NCBI GenBank assembly: GCA_028534125.1
Contig: CM052817.1
Span: 17,052,001-17,115,746 of the forward strand
Reading direction: 5' to 3'
Length of the DNA stretch: 63,746 nt
Source of the DNA: Lama glama
Taxonomy: Eukaryota
Shown here: in pieces, positions 31,301 to 40,640 of the stretch
Layout: each line of letters opens with the position of its first letter
Numbering within the stretch: the first letter of the stretch is position 1
Program-made: the position numbers and the translations under genes
Notes under the pieces: generated by a model
The model's database searches: none
Told to the model about the DNA's origin: nothing
Seen by the model: only the letters and a program-made list of their open reading frames with translations

Positions 31301-33828
31301 AATTTCCACAGGCTTAAGTCCTGACCATTGAGGTCACAGGTTTTCTGGAACTGTGAGCCAGCTTCCCAGATGTTTTTTCTTTTCATGTTTCCCTATTTTC
31401 AGGGCCTAGTTATGTTTGTGTATAATCAGTACAACAGGTAACTGTGACTTCAGTGTAAACTAATGATATATTTTAAATGTTACCATGTAGACTGTCACTT
31501 GCTATTTTTATTGTCAGTTTTCTCTGCCTGGTATCAGTATAATGTTACATATGCTGTATTTTCTCAGTCATAACATCTTTGATATAACAAAATTTATTTT
31601 AATTCTAGCACCTACAGTTGTTTAGATGCACAGTTTTATGATGACGAAACTGTAACAGTAGTTCTTAAAGACACTGTAGGACGTGAAGGAAGAGACAGAC
31701 TCTTGGTCCAGCTGCCATTGTCTTTAGTGTATAACAGTGAAGATTCTGCAGAATATCAATTCACTGGGACTTACTCTACAAGGTAACTAACTCTGTAAGG
31801 TGGTCTTTCTGGTAGAACAGTTAAATTTTTTTTTATATATCTTGTATATTCTAGTTCTTTAGATATGATAGATAATGGTTACTAGGGATAATCATAAAGT
31901 CAGCTGAACAGAAACACTCCTATTTTTTAACTGAAAAATTACTGGCTTCAACAGTTCTTCTGTACTTTTGTTCATTATTATTAGTAAATGAAGAATTATT
32001 TGCTGGAGCAAGGTGGGGAATTATTTGGAGTGGAGAATGGAACTTCTGTTCTATTTTCAAGGGTAGCTTTAATCTCAGTTTGTAGTGGAATTATTTTAGA
32101 TTTGCCTTTAGTGTTTTCCTTTTAGGATTAAGACCTAGGTAACCATGTGGAGGATACATGGTCAATTCCAAAAGATGGCTTTAGATCGAGATTTAAGTAA
32201 GGAGATCTCTTCTCTAATTTAAAATGTGTCCATGTGCTCAGAAAGCTAAGTAAGTTTCCTGCCTTAATAAGATATTTGGAATTGCAGTATTTTCATAGAA
32301 TATAGTGACACAGCTTTTTAATAGAGTGGCTGGTAGATATGTTGGAAGTGGGAATATTGATAGAAATCAAACCCTGATACCACCCCTAGGAAGCTGGGCA
32401 GCAGAGCCCCATTTCACGCCTGGGTTCGTTTTCTTCCCTCTCTAGGCTAGATGAGCAGTGTAGTGCTATTCCCACACGTACCATGCATTTCGAGAAGCAC
32501 TGGAGGTTACTGGAAAGTATGAAAGCACAGTATGTGGCTGGGAATGGTTTTCGAAAAGTGTCCTGTGTGGTAAGTATTTACAGATTGTTACCAAGAGTAA
32601 CAGAAGGAAGTGACTTAGGATCTCTAAGTTCCTCTCAGTGTAAACATTTTGTGATGTAAAGCATTTATTGATCATGAGCATGTAGTGGCCTTAGCTGTTT
32701 AGTTCTCTTGTTCTGAGAAAGCTTATTCAGTAATTAATAATAGTTTTAGATTTTAATAATCATGTGATTGTCACTGTATGTGGAGATCCTTTTATACAAA
32801 ATGAAAGCCTGATTTAGTGACTGTTGTAAATTGATGGGAATGTAACTTTCCTATAAACCCACTCTTTGCTTTGATTTCTGATTTCTAATTTTTTATAATA
32901 GTTATCTCATTTTTTTCCTTTTTAACATTTTTTATTGATTTATAATCATTTTACAATGTTGTGTCAAATTCCAGTGTTCAGCACAATTTTTCAGTCATTC
33001 ATGGACATATACACACTCATTGTCACATTTTTTTCTCTGTGATTTATCATAACATTTTGTGTATATTTCCCTGTGCTATACAGTGTAATCTTGTTTATCT
33101 ATTCTACAATTTTGAANNNNNNNNNNNNNNNNNNNNNNNNNNNNNNNNNNNNNNNNNNNNNNNNNNNNNNNNNNNNNNNNNNNNNNNNNNNNNNNNNNNN
33201 NNNNNNNNNNNNNNNNTTGTTTTTCTTTTTGTTTTTTAGATTCCACATATGAGCGATCTCATATGGTATTTTTCTTTCTCTTTCTGGCTTACTTCACTTA
33301 GAATGACATTCTCTGGGAGCATCCATGTTGCTGCAAATGGCATTATGTTGTCGGTTTTTATGGCTGAGTAGTATTCCACTGTATAAATATACCACATCTT
33401 CTTTATCCACTCATCTGTTGGACATTTCTGAAATGTCTTTTTTATGTTTCATTTTTTTATCGAATATAGCTCATGATGTAATGATGTGATAACCAAATGT
33501 TTATAATTATGTAGTTAGTTTGATGACTTTTTGATATGGCTGATACTACTCAGCCATAATTATCTCATTTTTAAGTTTCTTTATTTGGCCTTTTCTTTAG
33601 TTAAGCTCGAACCTCCGTCATGTGAGAGTATTTGAGATGGACATAGACGATGAATGGGAGCTTGATGAGTCTTCAGATGAAGAGGAGGAGGCCGGTAATA
33701 AGCCTGTAAAAATAAAGGAAGAAGTGTTGTCTGAGTCCGAAGCAGAGAACCAGCAAGCTGGTACTGCTGCTTTAGCTCCAGAGATGGTCATTAAGGTGGA
33801 GAAAGTTGACCCAGAGCTAGACTCATGA
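4238..33828 (+). CDS. ANAPC4: Anaphase-promoting complex subunit 4, spliced gene; exons 4-29 visible, 5' end missing in the N gap
   Basis: 26 GT-AG exons join in frame (LAFALADTKKIVLCDVEKPESLH ... VIKVEKVDPELDS*) and match mammalian APC4 as I recall it. 2192 nt visible + 235 missing = 2427 nt (808 aa + stop). Confidence 0.98.
5875..5949 (+). CDS. ANAPC4: ANAPC4 exon 5 (75 nt)
   Basis: ttttag|TGTTCTA...CCAAAAAA|gtaagt; VLTSFYNAEDESNLLLPKLPTLPK. Confidence 0.96.
6094..6120 (+). CDS. ANAPC4: ANAPC4 exon 6 (27-nt microexon)
   Basis: ctctag|TTATAGC...ATTTAG|gtaaga; YSNTSKIF. Confidence 0.93.
6215..6259 (+). CDS. ANAPC4: ANAPC4 exon 7 (45 nt)
   Basis: ttttag|TGAAGAA...GTCAG|gtaagt; EENSDEIIKLLGDV. 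Confidence 0.95.
6893..6977 (+). CDS. ANAPC4: ANAPC4 exon 8 (85 nt)
   Basis: aattag|GCTTAAT...ACAGGG|gtaagt; LNILVLGGSAGFIELYAYGMFKIARVTG. Confidence 0.96.
7610..7714 (+). CDS. ANAPC4: ANAPC4 exon 9 (105 nt)
   Basis: ttacag|ATTGTT...TTTCAG|gtgagt; IVGTCLALCLSSDLKSLSVVTEVSAGGASEVSYFQ. Confidence 0.96.
8020..8225 (-). mobile_element. MIR
   Basis: cattt gaatcttcacagtaaccc...ggtactgttattatctccg...agatgagtaaatggg core. Confidence 0.75.
8993..9076 (+). CDS. ANAPC4: ANAPC4 exon 10 (84 nt)
   Basis: ttacag|CTTGAA...TTACAG|gtattt; LETNLLYSFLPEVTRMARKFTHISALLQ. Confidence 0.96.
9400..9843 (-). mobile_element. MaLR LTR (MLT1F/G/H-like)
   Basis: gctcatgattctgtaggtt...gagctcagctgg...aggccagctcagatcaaagg...ggagaaattgactcc motifs. 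Confidence 0.7.
10201..10287 (+). CDS. ANAPC4: ANAPC4 exon 11 (87 nt)
   Basis: taatag|TATATA...GTGCAG|gtaacg; YINLSLTCMCEAWEEILMQMDSRLTKFVQ. Confidence 0.96.
10677..10741 (+). CDS. ANAPC4: ANAPC4 exon 12 (65 nt)
   Basis: ctctag|GAAAAG...GCAAG|gtaata; EKNTTTSVQDEFMDLLLWGKA. Confidence 0.96.
10960..11340 (-). mobile_element. Old L1M fragment
   Basis: Antisense ORF2-derived motifs (cttagaaagacctttctcacc...tttgttgagt). Confidence 0.55.
11499..11541 (+). CDS. ANAPC4: ANAPC4 exon 13 (43 nt)
   Basis: ttctag|TGCTGAA...GTAAAG|gtgcag; AELQTLLMNQLTVK. Confidence 0.95.
11656..11732 (+). CDS. ANAPC4: ANAPC4 exon 14 (77 nt)
   Basis: aatcag|GGCTTA...CAGAG|gtatga; GLKKLGQSIESSYSSIQKLVISHLQ. Confidence 0.96.
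12320..12900 (+). mobile_element. L2 3' end
   Basis: tctgatcatgttactct...cagagaagccttctct...cccagtatctagcgtagtgcctg...tgttgaatg tail. Confidence 0.8.
13206..13306 (+). CDS. ANAPC4: ANAPC4 exon 15 (101 nt)
   Basis: tgttag|TGGCTCA...ATTGAAG|gtagta; GSESLLYHLSELKGMASWKQKYEPLGLDAAGIE. Confidence 0.96.
13393..13444 (+). CDS. ANAPC4: ANAPC4 exon 16 (52 nt)
   Basis: ttttag|ATGCT...CTTCA|gtaagt; AITAVGSFILKANELL. Confidence 0.96.
14625..17240 (-). mobile_element. Long L2 fragment
   Basis: Starts with the antisense L2 tail (cattcatcacac...actgagcatttaactgtg); contains cagggaaggccttactgagaaggtga and gtaaggactttggcttttactc motifs. Confidence 0.8.
16546..16683 (+). mobile_element. vic-1-like SINE with perfect 16-bp TSD
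   Basis: tRNA-like head GGGTATAGCTCGGTGGTAGAG...GGTTCAGTCCCC; TSD aagagtaaggaagagc at 16530-16545 and 16684-16699. Confidence 0.92.
19241..19296 (+). CDS. ANAPC4: ANAPC4 exon 17 (56 nt)
   Basis: ttttag|AGTTATA...GTGG|gtaagt; VIDSSMKNFKAFFRWLYV. Confidence 0.96.
19761..19894. mobile_element. MER3/MER33-like hAT MITE
   Basis: Inverted ends ctgtgccatcca...tggacagcacag; internal gccacatgtgg motifs. Confidence 0.75.
20025..20147 (+). mobile_element. vic-1-like SINE
   Basis: GGGGAGGGTATAGCTCAGTGGCAGAG...GAGTTCAATCCCCAGTAC plus aaataaat tail; degenerate TSD. Confidence 0.9.
21703..21749 (+). CDS. ANAPC4: ANAPC4 exon 18 (47 nt)
   Basis: ttccag|CAATG...AATAAG|gtagta; MLRMTEDHVLPELNK. Confidence 0.95.
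22949..23005 (+). CDS. ANAPC4: ANAPC4 exon 19 (57 nt)
   Basis: tgatag|ATGACT...AATGAG|gtagga; MTQKDITFVAEFLTEHFNE. Confidence 0.96.
23342..23398 (+). CDS. ANAPC4: ANAPC4 exon 20 (57 nt)
   Basis: ttctag|GCTCCA...GGTCAG|gtatga; APDLYNRKGKYFNVEKVGQ. Confidence 0.96.
23559..24934. mobile_element. hAT DNA transposon, Charlie1a-like, near full length
   Basis: Ends tagcagtttttaaacttactggtctcagaaccc... and ...ctttaagaactactg resemble Charlie1 termini; imperfect 8-bp flanks ccaaagag/ccataaag. Confidence 0.8.
25265..25358 (+). CDS. ANAPC4: ANAPC4 exon 21 (94 nt)
   Basis: ttctag|TATCTG...CTTAAAG|gtattt; YLKDEDDDLVSPPNTEGNQWYDFLQNSSHLK. Confidence 0.96.
25950..26140 (-). mobile_element. MIR
   Basis: cattttgctagtgaggaaactgaaagttagaga core. 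Confidence 0.7.
26915..27055 (+). mobile_element. MIR
   Basis: ctctgtgtgccccagttttctcatctgtaaaagg...gtgtctggcacata. Confidence 0.8.
27067..27859 (-). mobile_element. Solo LTR, MER21-like
   Basis: TG...CA ends; reverse complement begins tgtggtttcatagaagatagtttggtctttgtccccagttcctgacccagagctcct. Confidence 0.8.
28693..28790 (+). CDS. ANAPC4: ANAPC4 exon 22 (98 nt)
   Basis: aaccag|AAAGT...CCAGCA|gtaagt; SPLLFPYYPRKSLHFVKRRMENIIDQCLQKPA. Confidence 0.96.
29357..29418 (+). CDS. ANAPC4: ANAPC4 exon 23 (62 nt)
   Basis: gtttag|GATGTA...AGAAG|gtaatt; DVIGKSMNQAICIPLYRDAR. Confidence 0.96.
29498..29536 (+). CDS. ANAPC4: ANAPC4 exon 24 (39 nt)
   Basis: ttttag|TGAGGAC...TTTCT|gtaagt; EDSTRRLFKFPF. 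Confidence 0.95.
29633..29734 (+). CDS. ANAPC4: ANAPC4 exon 25 (102 nt)
   Basis: ccttag|GTGGAAT...TCCCA|gtaagt; WNNKTSNLHYLIFTILEDSLYKMCILRRHTDIS. Confidence 0.96.
30549..30623 (+). CDS. ANAPC4: ANAPC4 exon 26 (75 nt)
   Basis: ttcaag|ATCTGTA...AGAAG|gtaaat; SVSNGLIAIKFGSFTYATTEKVRR. Confidence 0.95.
30633..30734 (-). mobile_element. Short L1 3' end inserted at the exon 26 donor
   Basis: polyT + aattgaggtaaagtcagtttacaatgtgtcaatttctggtgtacagca, related to 61201-61366; 15-bp TSD. Confidence 0.85.
31609..31782 (+). CDS. ANAPC4: ANAPC4 exon 27 (174 nt)
   Basis: ttctag|CACCTAC...ACAAG|gtaact; TYSCLDAQFYDDETVTVVLKDTVGREGRDRLLVQLPLSLVYNSEDSAEYQFTGTYST. Confidence 0.97.
32446..32569 (+). CDS. ANAPC4: ANAPC4 exon 28 (124 nt)
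   Basis: ctctag|GCTAGAT...TGTGTG|gtaagt; LDEQCSAIPTRTMHFEKHWRLLESMKAQYVAGNGFRKVSCV. Confidence 0.97.
32915..33427 (-). mobile_element. Young L1 3' end in the last ANAPC4 intron
   Basis: Closely similar to the L1 at 36125-37066 (ttacaatgttgtgtcaaattccagtgt...tagattccacatatgagcgatctcatatgg). Confidence 0.92.
33117..33216. other. Assembly gap (100 N) inside an L1
   Basis: Run of N. Confidence 1.
33601..33828 (+). CDS. ANAPC4: ANAPC4 exon 29, coding part with stop
   Basis: ctttag|TTAAGC...GACTCATGA; LSSNLRHVRVFEMDIDDEWELDESSDEEEE...DPELDS*; overlaps ORF-track 33622..33828. Confidence 0.97.
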   Translation, partial: LSSNLRHVRVFEMDIDDEWELDESSDEEEEAGNKPVKIKEEVLSESEAENQQAGTAALAPEMVIKVEKVDPELDS

Positions 33829-33928
33829 TCTAGCTTGCTGTTATTTTGTTATGTCTTATGTCAGAAAGGACATAGGAGGTGGACTGAGATGTGTTGAATC
33901 ACTTAATTTTCTTTGTGAAATAAGCAGA

Positions 33929-33934
33929 AATAAA
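33929..33934 (+). terminator. Probable ANAPC4 polyadenylation signal
   Basis: AATAAA 100 nt after the stop, followed by T-rich sequence; a second AATAAA lies at 34277-34282. Confidence 0.7.
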
Positions 33935-36124
33935 CTGCAAATTTTATTTTTTCAAATTCTGCTTCATCGTCTCTCAGTGGGATAGCCACTGTGATAGACT
34001 TTCTCTTTGCTAAAACTTCTTTTTAATACTGTTTGCAGAACTAGTGTTTAAAGAAAATATAAATTGAATATGAAGAAAAAGTTCAGTCTTTCTGTCAAAA
34101 GATAGATATCAGGAATCATTCCTATATCAAGAAGAAATTATAGTTAGATAGTCATTCATCACGGGAACTTTTGATGCATTTAGTATTCTTTAAATGCAGA
34201 GAACATTTCTTCCTATTTTCCATCTTCTCCTAGTTCATTTTAGATCTCTAGAATGCTTTGAAAATTTTGTTTTCCAAATAAATTATACTGATTTACTGTA
34301 ATCCTAAATAAGCCAAAAGATGGATGCTATCTTTAAAATTTAAATAGCAAGAATATTGCTTGACACCTGTATGATTATCTTTTCTCATTGTTAATTGTAT
34401 TTGAGCTCTGAATCCTTTGAGTCAGCAGTGTTTAGAAGTGTCTTTTTCCTCTGTTAGCATTGGTCAGGGACATACGGTGGCTGTGTGGTTGACTCCTTGG
34501 GAACATGAGAAATCAACTCATGATCAACTAAACATAATTTAGCACTGGTGCAGATGAGCTGCCGTTGACTTCCTCATGCTCACTCCTAAAGTATTGTGGT
34601 GCTGTCATGTGACTTTCAAAGAGTGTCCATTTTATATGTAATTTCTAATATCAATTCACTGATAAGTTGAGAAAATCACTTTTTAAAGCTTTAAATATCT
34701 TTAGGCAGGAAGATACACTATACGCAGGTAAGTGGGTAACTGCAGAATTGCTGTCATTTGTTAGACACAGACAGGGAAAGACACAGGGAGCTGTAACACT
34801 GGGTTTTAGGTATATCACTCTTTAGATGCTGAAGGTGCCTCAGTTGGTTTGATCTTTTTTGGTTTTTAAGGGAAACCAGTGTTGTGTGCATAAACTTCGA
34901 GTCTAGAACTGTGGACTTCAGGAGACCAGCCATGCTACCCTGCAGCCTTGCCCATAACAGGCCTGAAATACGATTCATATACAGTTTACATAAATGTTTA
35001 TTGATGGTTGATCAGTGTTTGTAGCATGTTGCAGAATGCCTTGAATTAACTTTTGTGAGCAAGAAAGGTGAACTGTTGTTAGATGACATTACAGAGAATT
35101 TATAGGTGGTAGGTATGTGGGGCAAATTAGGGTGAGTGCATTGCACAGATTTACCATATAAAATTTAAATAACTGTGATGGATTTTAGGGACAAATAATT
35201 ACAGCTTGTTCTTAGAATGGATTGCAGTCTCACAGTAAGCAACCAGTGCTTTGTTGGACTGTAATCTTTCTCATTGACTTCATGAAATTTATTAAGATTT
35301 TTTGATAGGTGAACATTTGCTTCCTGTGGTTCCAGCATAGGGATATATTGAAATGGAGACACCGAGACCCTGCCCTCATCTTGAACCAGGGATCAGAAAC
35401 AGTGCTATTGATACCCTAACTATCGCTTAACACTGAGCTAAATTAGTAATGCTTTTAGGGTAATATGGTAAATCACGTATGTCGGAACTGGGTTTGTATT
35501 ACGTTAATATGAAAACGTTTAAACTGATACCTGCATATATCTTCTTAGTTTTAATAAGTATAAAACAAATAATTTCCTGTTTATCATTGTATTTTTAGAT
35601 ATATGCTATCATTTCCATACCATTAGAAACTTTAATATTTAGAACCAATTTGATCATTATAGACTATCACTTCATTTCTAGTATAACTAGCAGCAGATAC
35701 TGAATTTGAGTTTTGACTTTAGTGAATGACAAGTAAAGTGTGGGGACGTGAGGAAGCTGGGCCGTGAGACTCTACCAGTTACTGGCTGTGTGTGGAACTC
35801 TGGACCCCTACCCTGGTACAGTGGGGATGAGAGAACCTGTCCCAGGTGTGAGGGCTGAACGAGGGCACTACTGTAGAGCATCGTGGTTGGCACACAGGAG
35901 ATACCTGATAGAGACTAGCACTTCTGAGTTCAGTGTTCTCTGCTGCTCTCTTCTAGGATAAATTGTGTTGGTATTTTAGAAATTTAAAATAGCTTTTTAT
36001 TTCTTTTGGTCAGACTTAATGGACTTTGACAGTAGTCTTTTTAATTCTCTGGCTTTCTAGTTTTTTGTTTCCTTGTTAGTTTTTTTTTTTTCCAAAGTAA
36101 AGTACTTCACAAAATGCTAAAACA

Positions 36125-37066
36125 TTTTTTTAACTTTTTTTATTGAGTTATATTCATTTTACAATGTTGTGTCAAATTCCAGTGTAGAGCACAATTTTTC
36201 AGTTATACATGAACATACATACATTGATTGTCACATTTTTTTCACTGTGAGCTACCATAAGATCTTGTATATATTTCCCTGTGCTATACAGTATAATCTT
36301 TCTTATCTATTCTGCATATGTCTGTCAGTATCTACAAATTTTGAACTCCCAATCTGTCCCTTCTCACCCCTCTCCCCCTTGGCAACCACAAGTTTGTATT
36401 CTATATCTATGAGTCTGTTTCTGTTTTGTATTTATGTTTTTTGTTTTGATTTGTTTTGTTTTTTAGATTCCACATATGAGCGATCTCATATGGTATTTTT
36501 CTTTCTCTTTCTGGCTTACTTCACTTAGAATGACATTTTCCAGGGACATCCATGTTGCTGCAAATGGTGTTATGTTGTCATTTTTATGGCTGAGTAGTAT
36601 TCCATTGTATAAATATACCACTTCTTCTTTATCCAGTCATTTGTCGATGGACATTTAGGCTGTCTCCATGTCTTGGCTATTGTAAACAGTACTGCTATGA
36701 ACATTGGGGTCCAGGTGTCTTTTTGAAGTAGGGTTCCTTCTGGATATATGCCTAGGGGTGGGATTTCTGGGTCATATGGTAAGTCTATTCCTAGTCTTTT
36801 GAGGAATCTCCATACTGTTTTCCACAGTGGCTGCACCAAACTGCATTCCCACCAGCAGTGTAGGAGGGTTCCCTTTTCTCCACACCCTCTCCAGCATTTG
36901 TCATTGTGGACTTCTGAATGATGGCCATTCTGGCTGGTGTGAGGTGACACCTCCTTGTAATTTTGATTTGCATTTTTCTGATAATTAGTGATATTGAGCA
37001 TTTTTTCATGTGCCTATTGATCATTTGTATGTCTTCCTTGGAGAATTGCTTGCATTGGTCTTCTGC
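36125..37066 (-). mobile_element. 5'-truncated L1 (ORF2 C-terminus + 3'UTR)
   Basis: ORF 36570..37001 encodes [34 protein letters not shown]...WYIYTMEYYSAIK, the Cys-rich L1 ORF2p C-terminus. Confidence 0.96.
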
Positions 37067-37469
37067 GTTCAGAGTGCTAAATACTTCTAGAGGGTGCTAT
37101 ACCTGAAATCACGGTTTGCTGGTTTCACCAGGAGCAAATCAGTTTCTCTGGCACCTCTTAACATTGTGACTCTTTGCATTTATTAGACTCTACATTTTGA
37201 CGGTTCATGTCATCTTTAGTTCTCAATGAGCCAGGGGGAGATGGTACTTCGAACCATACTAAGTCAAGATCACAAAAACCTTATAATGTGAGAGTAAGAT
37301 ATTAATATTTAAATAATATTAGGGCAGAAAACAGCATTTCAACTCTTGTGAAGAATTTTCAGGTCAGAAATTCTCAGTAGTTAAAGGGTTAGTGCTAAGG
37401 AGTGAATTGTTAATATGGTAGATAATCAATGTTTTTCACTTTCTGAGTGAACTAGAACAGGATATAGGA

Positions 37470-37640
37470 TTTTCCACAAAGCACACACTGCCACATCAAA
37501 AATCACATGGGCCAGTGATTAAAATGCAAATTTTGGGAGGCCACCACAGGCCCGCTCAATCAGAAGGTGAAGATTGGGTCCAGGCCTGCATTTTTAACCA
37601 GTTCACCTGATCCTATGTTCACTGAGGTTGAGAACCATTA
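37470..37640. mobile_element. MER5A-like hAT MITE
   Basis: catcaaaaatcacatggg...ttaaaatgcaaatt...ctgcatttttaacc...ggttgagaacca. Confidence 0.7.
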
Positions 37641-39499
37641 TTTTCCACAGAAGCTAGTTTTTATAATTAGCTGTTTATCATTTTTTAGTTGTTAGGTTAA
37701 AAACTACTCCCTTAGATGCACTGGAAATTGATGTATTTTTTCTTTAACGATAACTAACTGGTGGTGAATGTCACCTACAAGGTGCTCACACTTCCATAAG
37801 GCTGTTTAGATGATGGTGGGCCTACTTGTACCCCAGTTCTCTCTGCACTGTGATGTGTGGAAATGAAGCCCTTAAGGACACCTTTCAGCACTAGGAGGGT
37901 GACATTCAGCCAAGCAGTAGATGCTGAGTTGGGTCTGTGTGGGCCGTGCAAGTCGGTCCATTTCAGCTCGTAAGTGTCGCCTTTCCTCAGTGTGTGCAGT
38001 CAGACTGAACTCAGCACCTCCAGACACGGAGTGTACTGTGTGGTTACCGCTGTGCTCATGATAAAACTGTCCTGTGATGTGACTAAGTGACACTGTTTAC
38101 TGGCTTGATAGATGTTTTAAAGGTTAAAACGAGATGAATTTGTAGTTTATGCCTCCTGTCTCCAACTTCCAGTGTTCTCATATGCCCCCAAGACTGGATT
38201 CCTGATTCCTAATGCAGAAGGAACACTATTATTCTAAATTATATTTTCCACTGTTCAGATAATAAAATTAAGAGTTCAGCTAGATGTGTGGCTGGCTGCT
38301 TTAAACTATGCTAGTGATTGTCAACATTTTAGGTGATGCTGTAAAACTTTCTAACGTTGATAACATGTTTCTTCCCTTTTACCTTTCCACTAATTTTGTC
38401 CTGCCCAGTTGTTGCAGGAAGACGTATGAAGGATAAAAAGAGAGGTTTGGTTTGCTTTCCTGGGGTGTAAGATCAAGATCTCCAGGTGGCAGGGTTACAG
38501 CCATATGACTGGCTGTAAATGGCTGAGGCCGTTCTGGGTGCCATTTTCTCCCTGCTGGAGGAGAAGCCATCAGAGGACACTTGGAAAGATTGGCCCACAT
38601 GGCAGGAGGAGACCCAGGTGACTGGTTTAGTGGGAGCCCAGTCGGGAGCTGTCAGCCATGTCAAATTCTGCCAGGAAATGGAGAAAAGGAGTGGTGGAGA
38701 ATTGGCTATCATCTCTGAAAAACTGCAAGTCAGGGGTGGTTGCATTTCAGATGACCTCCAACCTCCTTATTCTCCCCAGTGTCATCTCGGGGCTCTCCCC
38801 TACCAGCTCAGATTGGCTTTCTTGCCATTTCTTGAAGGAATGGAATTGTTTCCTGCCCCAGAGCTCTGCCAGTGTTGTCTTTTCCTAACCCTTTTACAAG
38901 GTTAATTCTCACTCACTCTTAATTTCTCAGCTTAATGTCTCCTCAGAGATCCTATGATTTTGAGTCTCTGTTACTGATCCCTTCCCATCAGTTGTCACAA
39001 TTTGTTGTTATGTATTAACTTGGTGCTTAGTATTTTATAATCTGATTAAATTATAAACCTTGTAATGTCAGAGATCATGCCCATTTTGCTCTGCCTCCCT
39101 ACACGCAGCACCAAGCATGATGTCTGTCACACTCAAAAAATAGTTGCTAAAAAAATACTTGATTGGATTACCAGATATCATACAGCAAAGTGGACTTTGG
39201 TTTGAAATATGATAAATGATCCTGAAATCTTAACAACATCACAGTGTATTGAATTTGTTCACAAAATGGGCTGTATTCCAAAATTTGCAAACTGACTGCC
39301 ACTCATGTTACCATTGCTCTGTGGAAGACCATCACTGTCAGTCCATGTCTGCACCCACTGGAAATGGCAGTTACAGATCTGCAAGCTCCCCTCTATCCAG
39401 ACACTAGCCTTGATTTCCAAATCAAGATTTCCAGTTTTCAGGCTCCAGATAATTTTTAAGGCCTTCATTTTTGTTAACTTAGGAGAGATGATGGATTAG

Positions 39500-40640
39500 A
39501 AAGGTGATTTTTAGTATTTAAAAAAAAAAGTGGTGACACAGGAAATGTTTCCAGAGGAGTGTTGGCAGCCGGAGCCCTATTGGAGCGGGTGTGAAAGAGC
39601 TGTGAGGTGAGGAAGTGGAGACCACAGAGGTAGGCAACTCTTGAAGAATTTTGCTTGAAGAGGGGAGAAGAATGGAGTGGTGGCCAGAGGGAGACGGCGT
39701 CAGGGCCTCCTTTAAAAAGGTGGATGATCAGAAGGTACATTTACACATCCACAGGAGTTACCCACTGAGGGGAAGACATTGACCATTCTAGAGAAGGGGG
39801 AGGGGGAGATATGTGTGTGAAACCCTTGAGAAGGCAAGAGGCTGAGACCTAATGACCAGAGGAAGGTCGGCCTTGGGTTGGAGCGTGACGTCCCCTCTGC
39901 TCACAGGAGAGTGTGGGCACAGATGTTGGCGGGTGGTGGTACTGTGGCAGTTCAACAATTTTCCCCAGGAAATAGGTGTTAAGGTCTCAGCAGAGAGAGA
40001 GGAGGAGAGAGGTGAAATTGTCAACCTCCAGTGGGAAAGTAAATTTGCCAAGGAGGTGTTAGTATTGAGGGTCTGCTGGAGATATGTGCTGTAAAGTCCA
40101 AGTGAGTCCGGTTAATGGAATCATTTTCTCCTGATGCTCAGGGCTTGGGCTGGGTTGGGTGAAGTGATGGGTTTAATCTAAATCGGGGTTTTGTCAAACC
40201 GTTGCAATAAGGCAGAGACGGGTGAGGCGGTTAGAGAACATAGTAAAACAGTGACAGGGCCAGCGGGGTAGAGAGTGGAGGATTGGGGGGGGTTTAGAAT
40301 CAGAAGGATGGAGAGACAGGCGGTGGCCAGAGAGGGCCGCTTGCAGTGCATGGTACAGGGTGGAGTCGGTGAGGACGAGGGTCACTGGAGCCGTTGTGGC
40401 TGCTGTCCGGCAAGGAGAAAATCGCTTGAGCTCAGTACATCAAGAACTGAGTGCCCGGGGTAGGGTTGGCTGGCTCATCCGTGTGGCTGTTAAAGTCACC
40501 AGAAAAGATGTTGGCAACAGTGGTGGAGAAAGGAACCCTGAGTTGGGGGCTGAGGTCACCAGTGAGTGAGGAGACTGAAGTGACAGCAGTGAGGGGAGAG
40601 AGAAGCTGCATGTGTGTCTAAGGCTCACGGGGCTTTGAAG
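39500..40640 (-). mobile_element. L2 fragment
   Basis: G/A-rich antisense L2 motifs similar to 16000-17240 (gaggtgaggaagtggagac, aactcttgaagaattttg). Confidence 0.65.

Noticed and set aside
33622..33828. Stand-alone 68-aa acidic protein
   Set aside because: It is the terminal coding exon of ANAPC4.
36570..37024. Protein-coding gene on the minus strand
   Set aside because: Frameshifted L1 ORF2 remnant in a 5'-truncated element.
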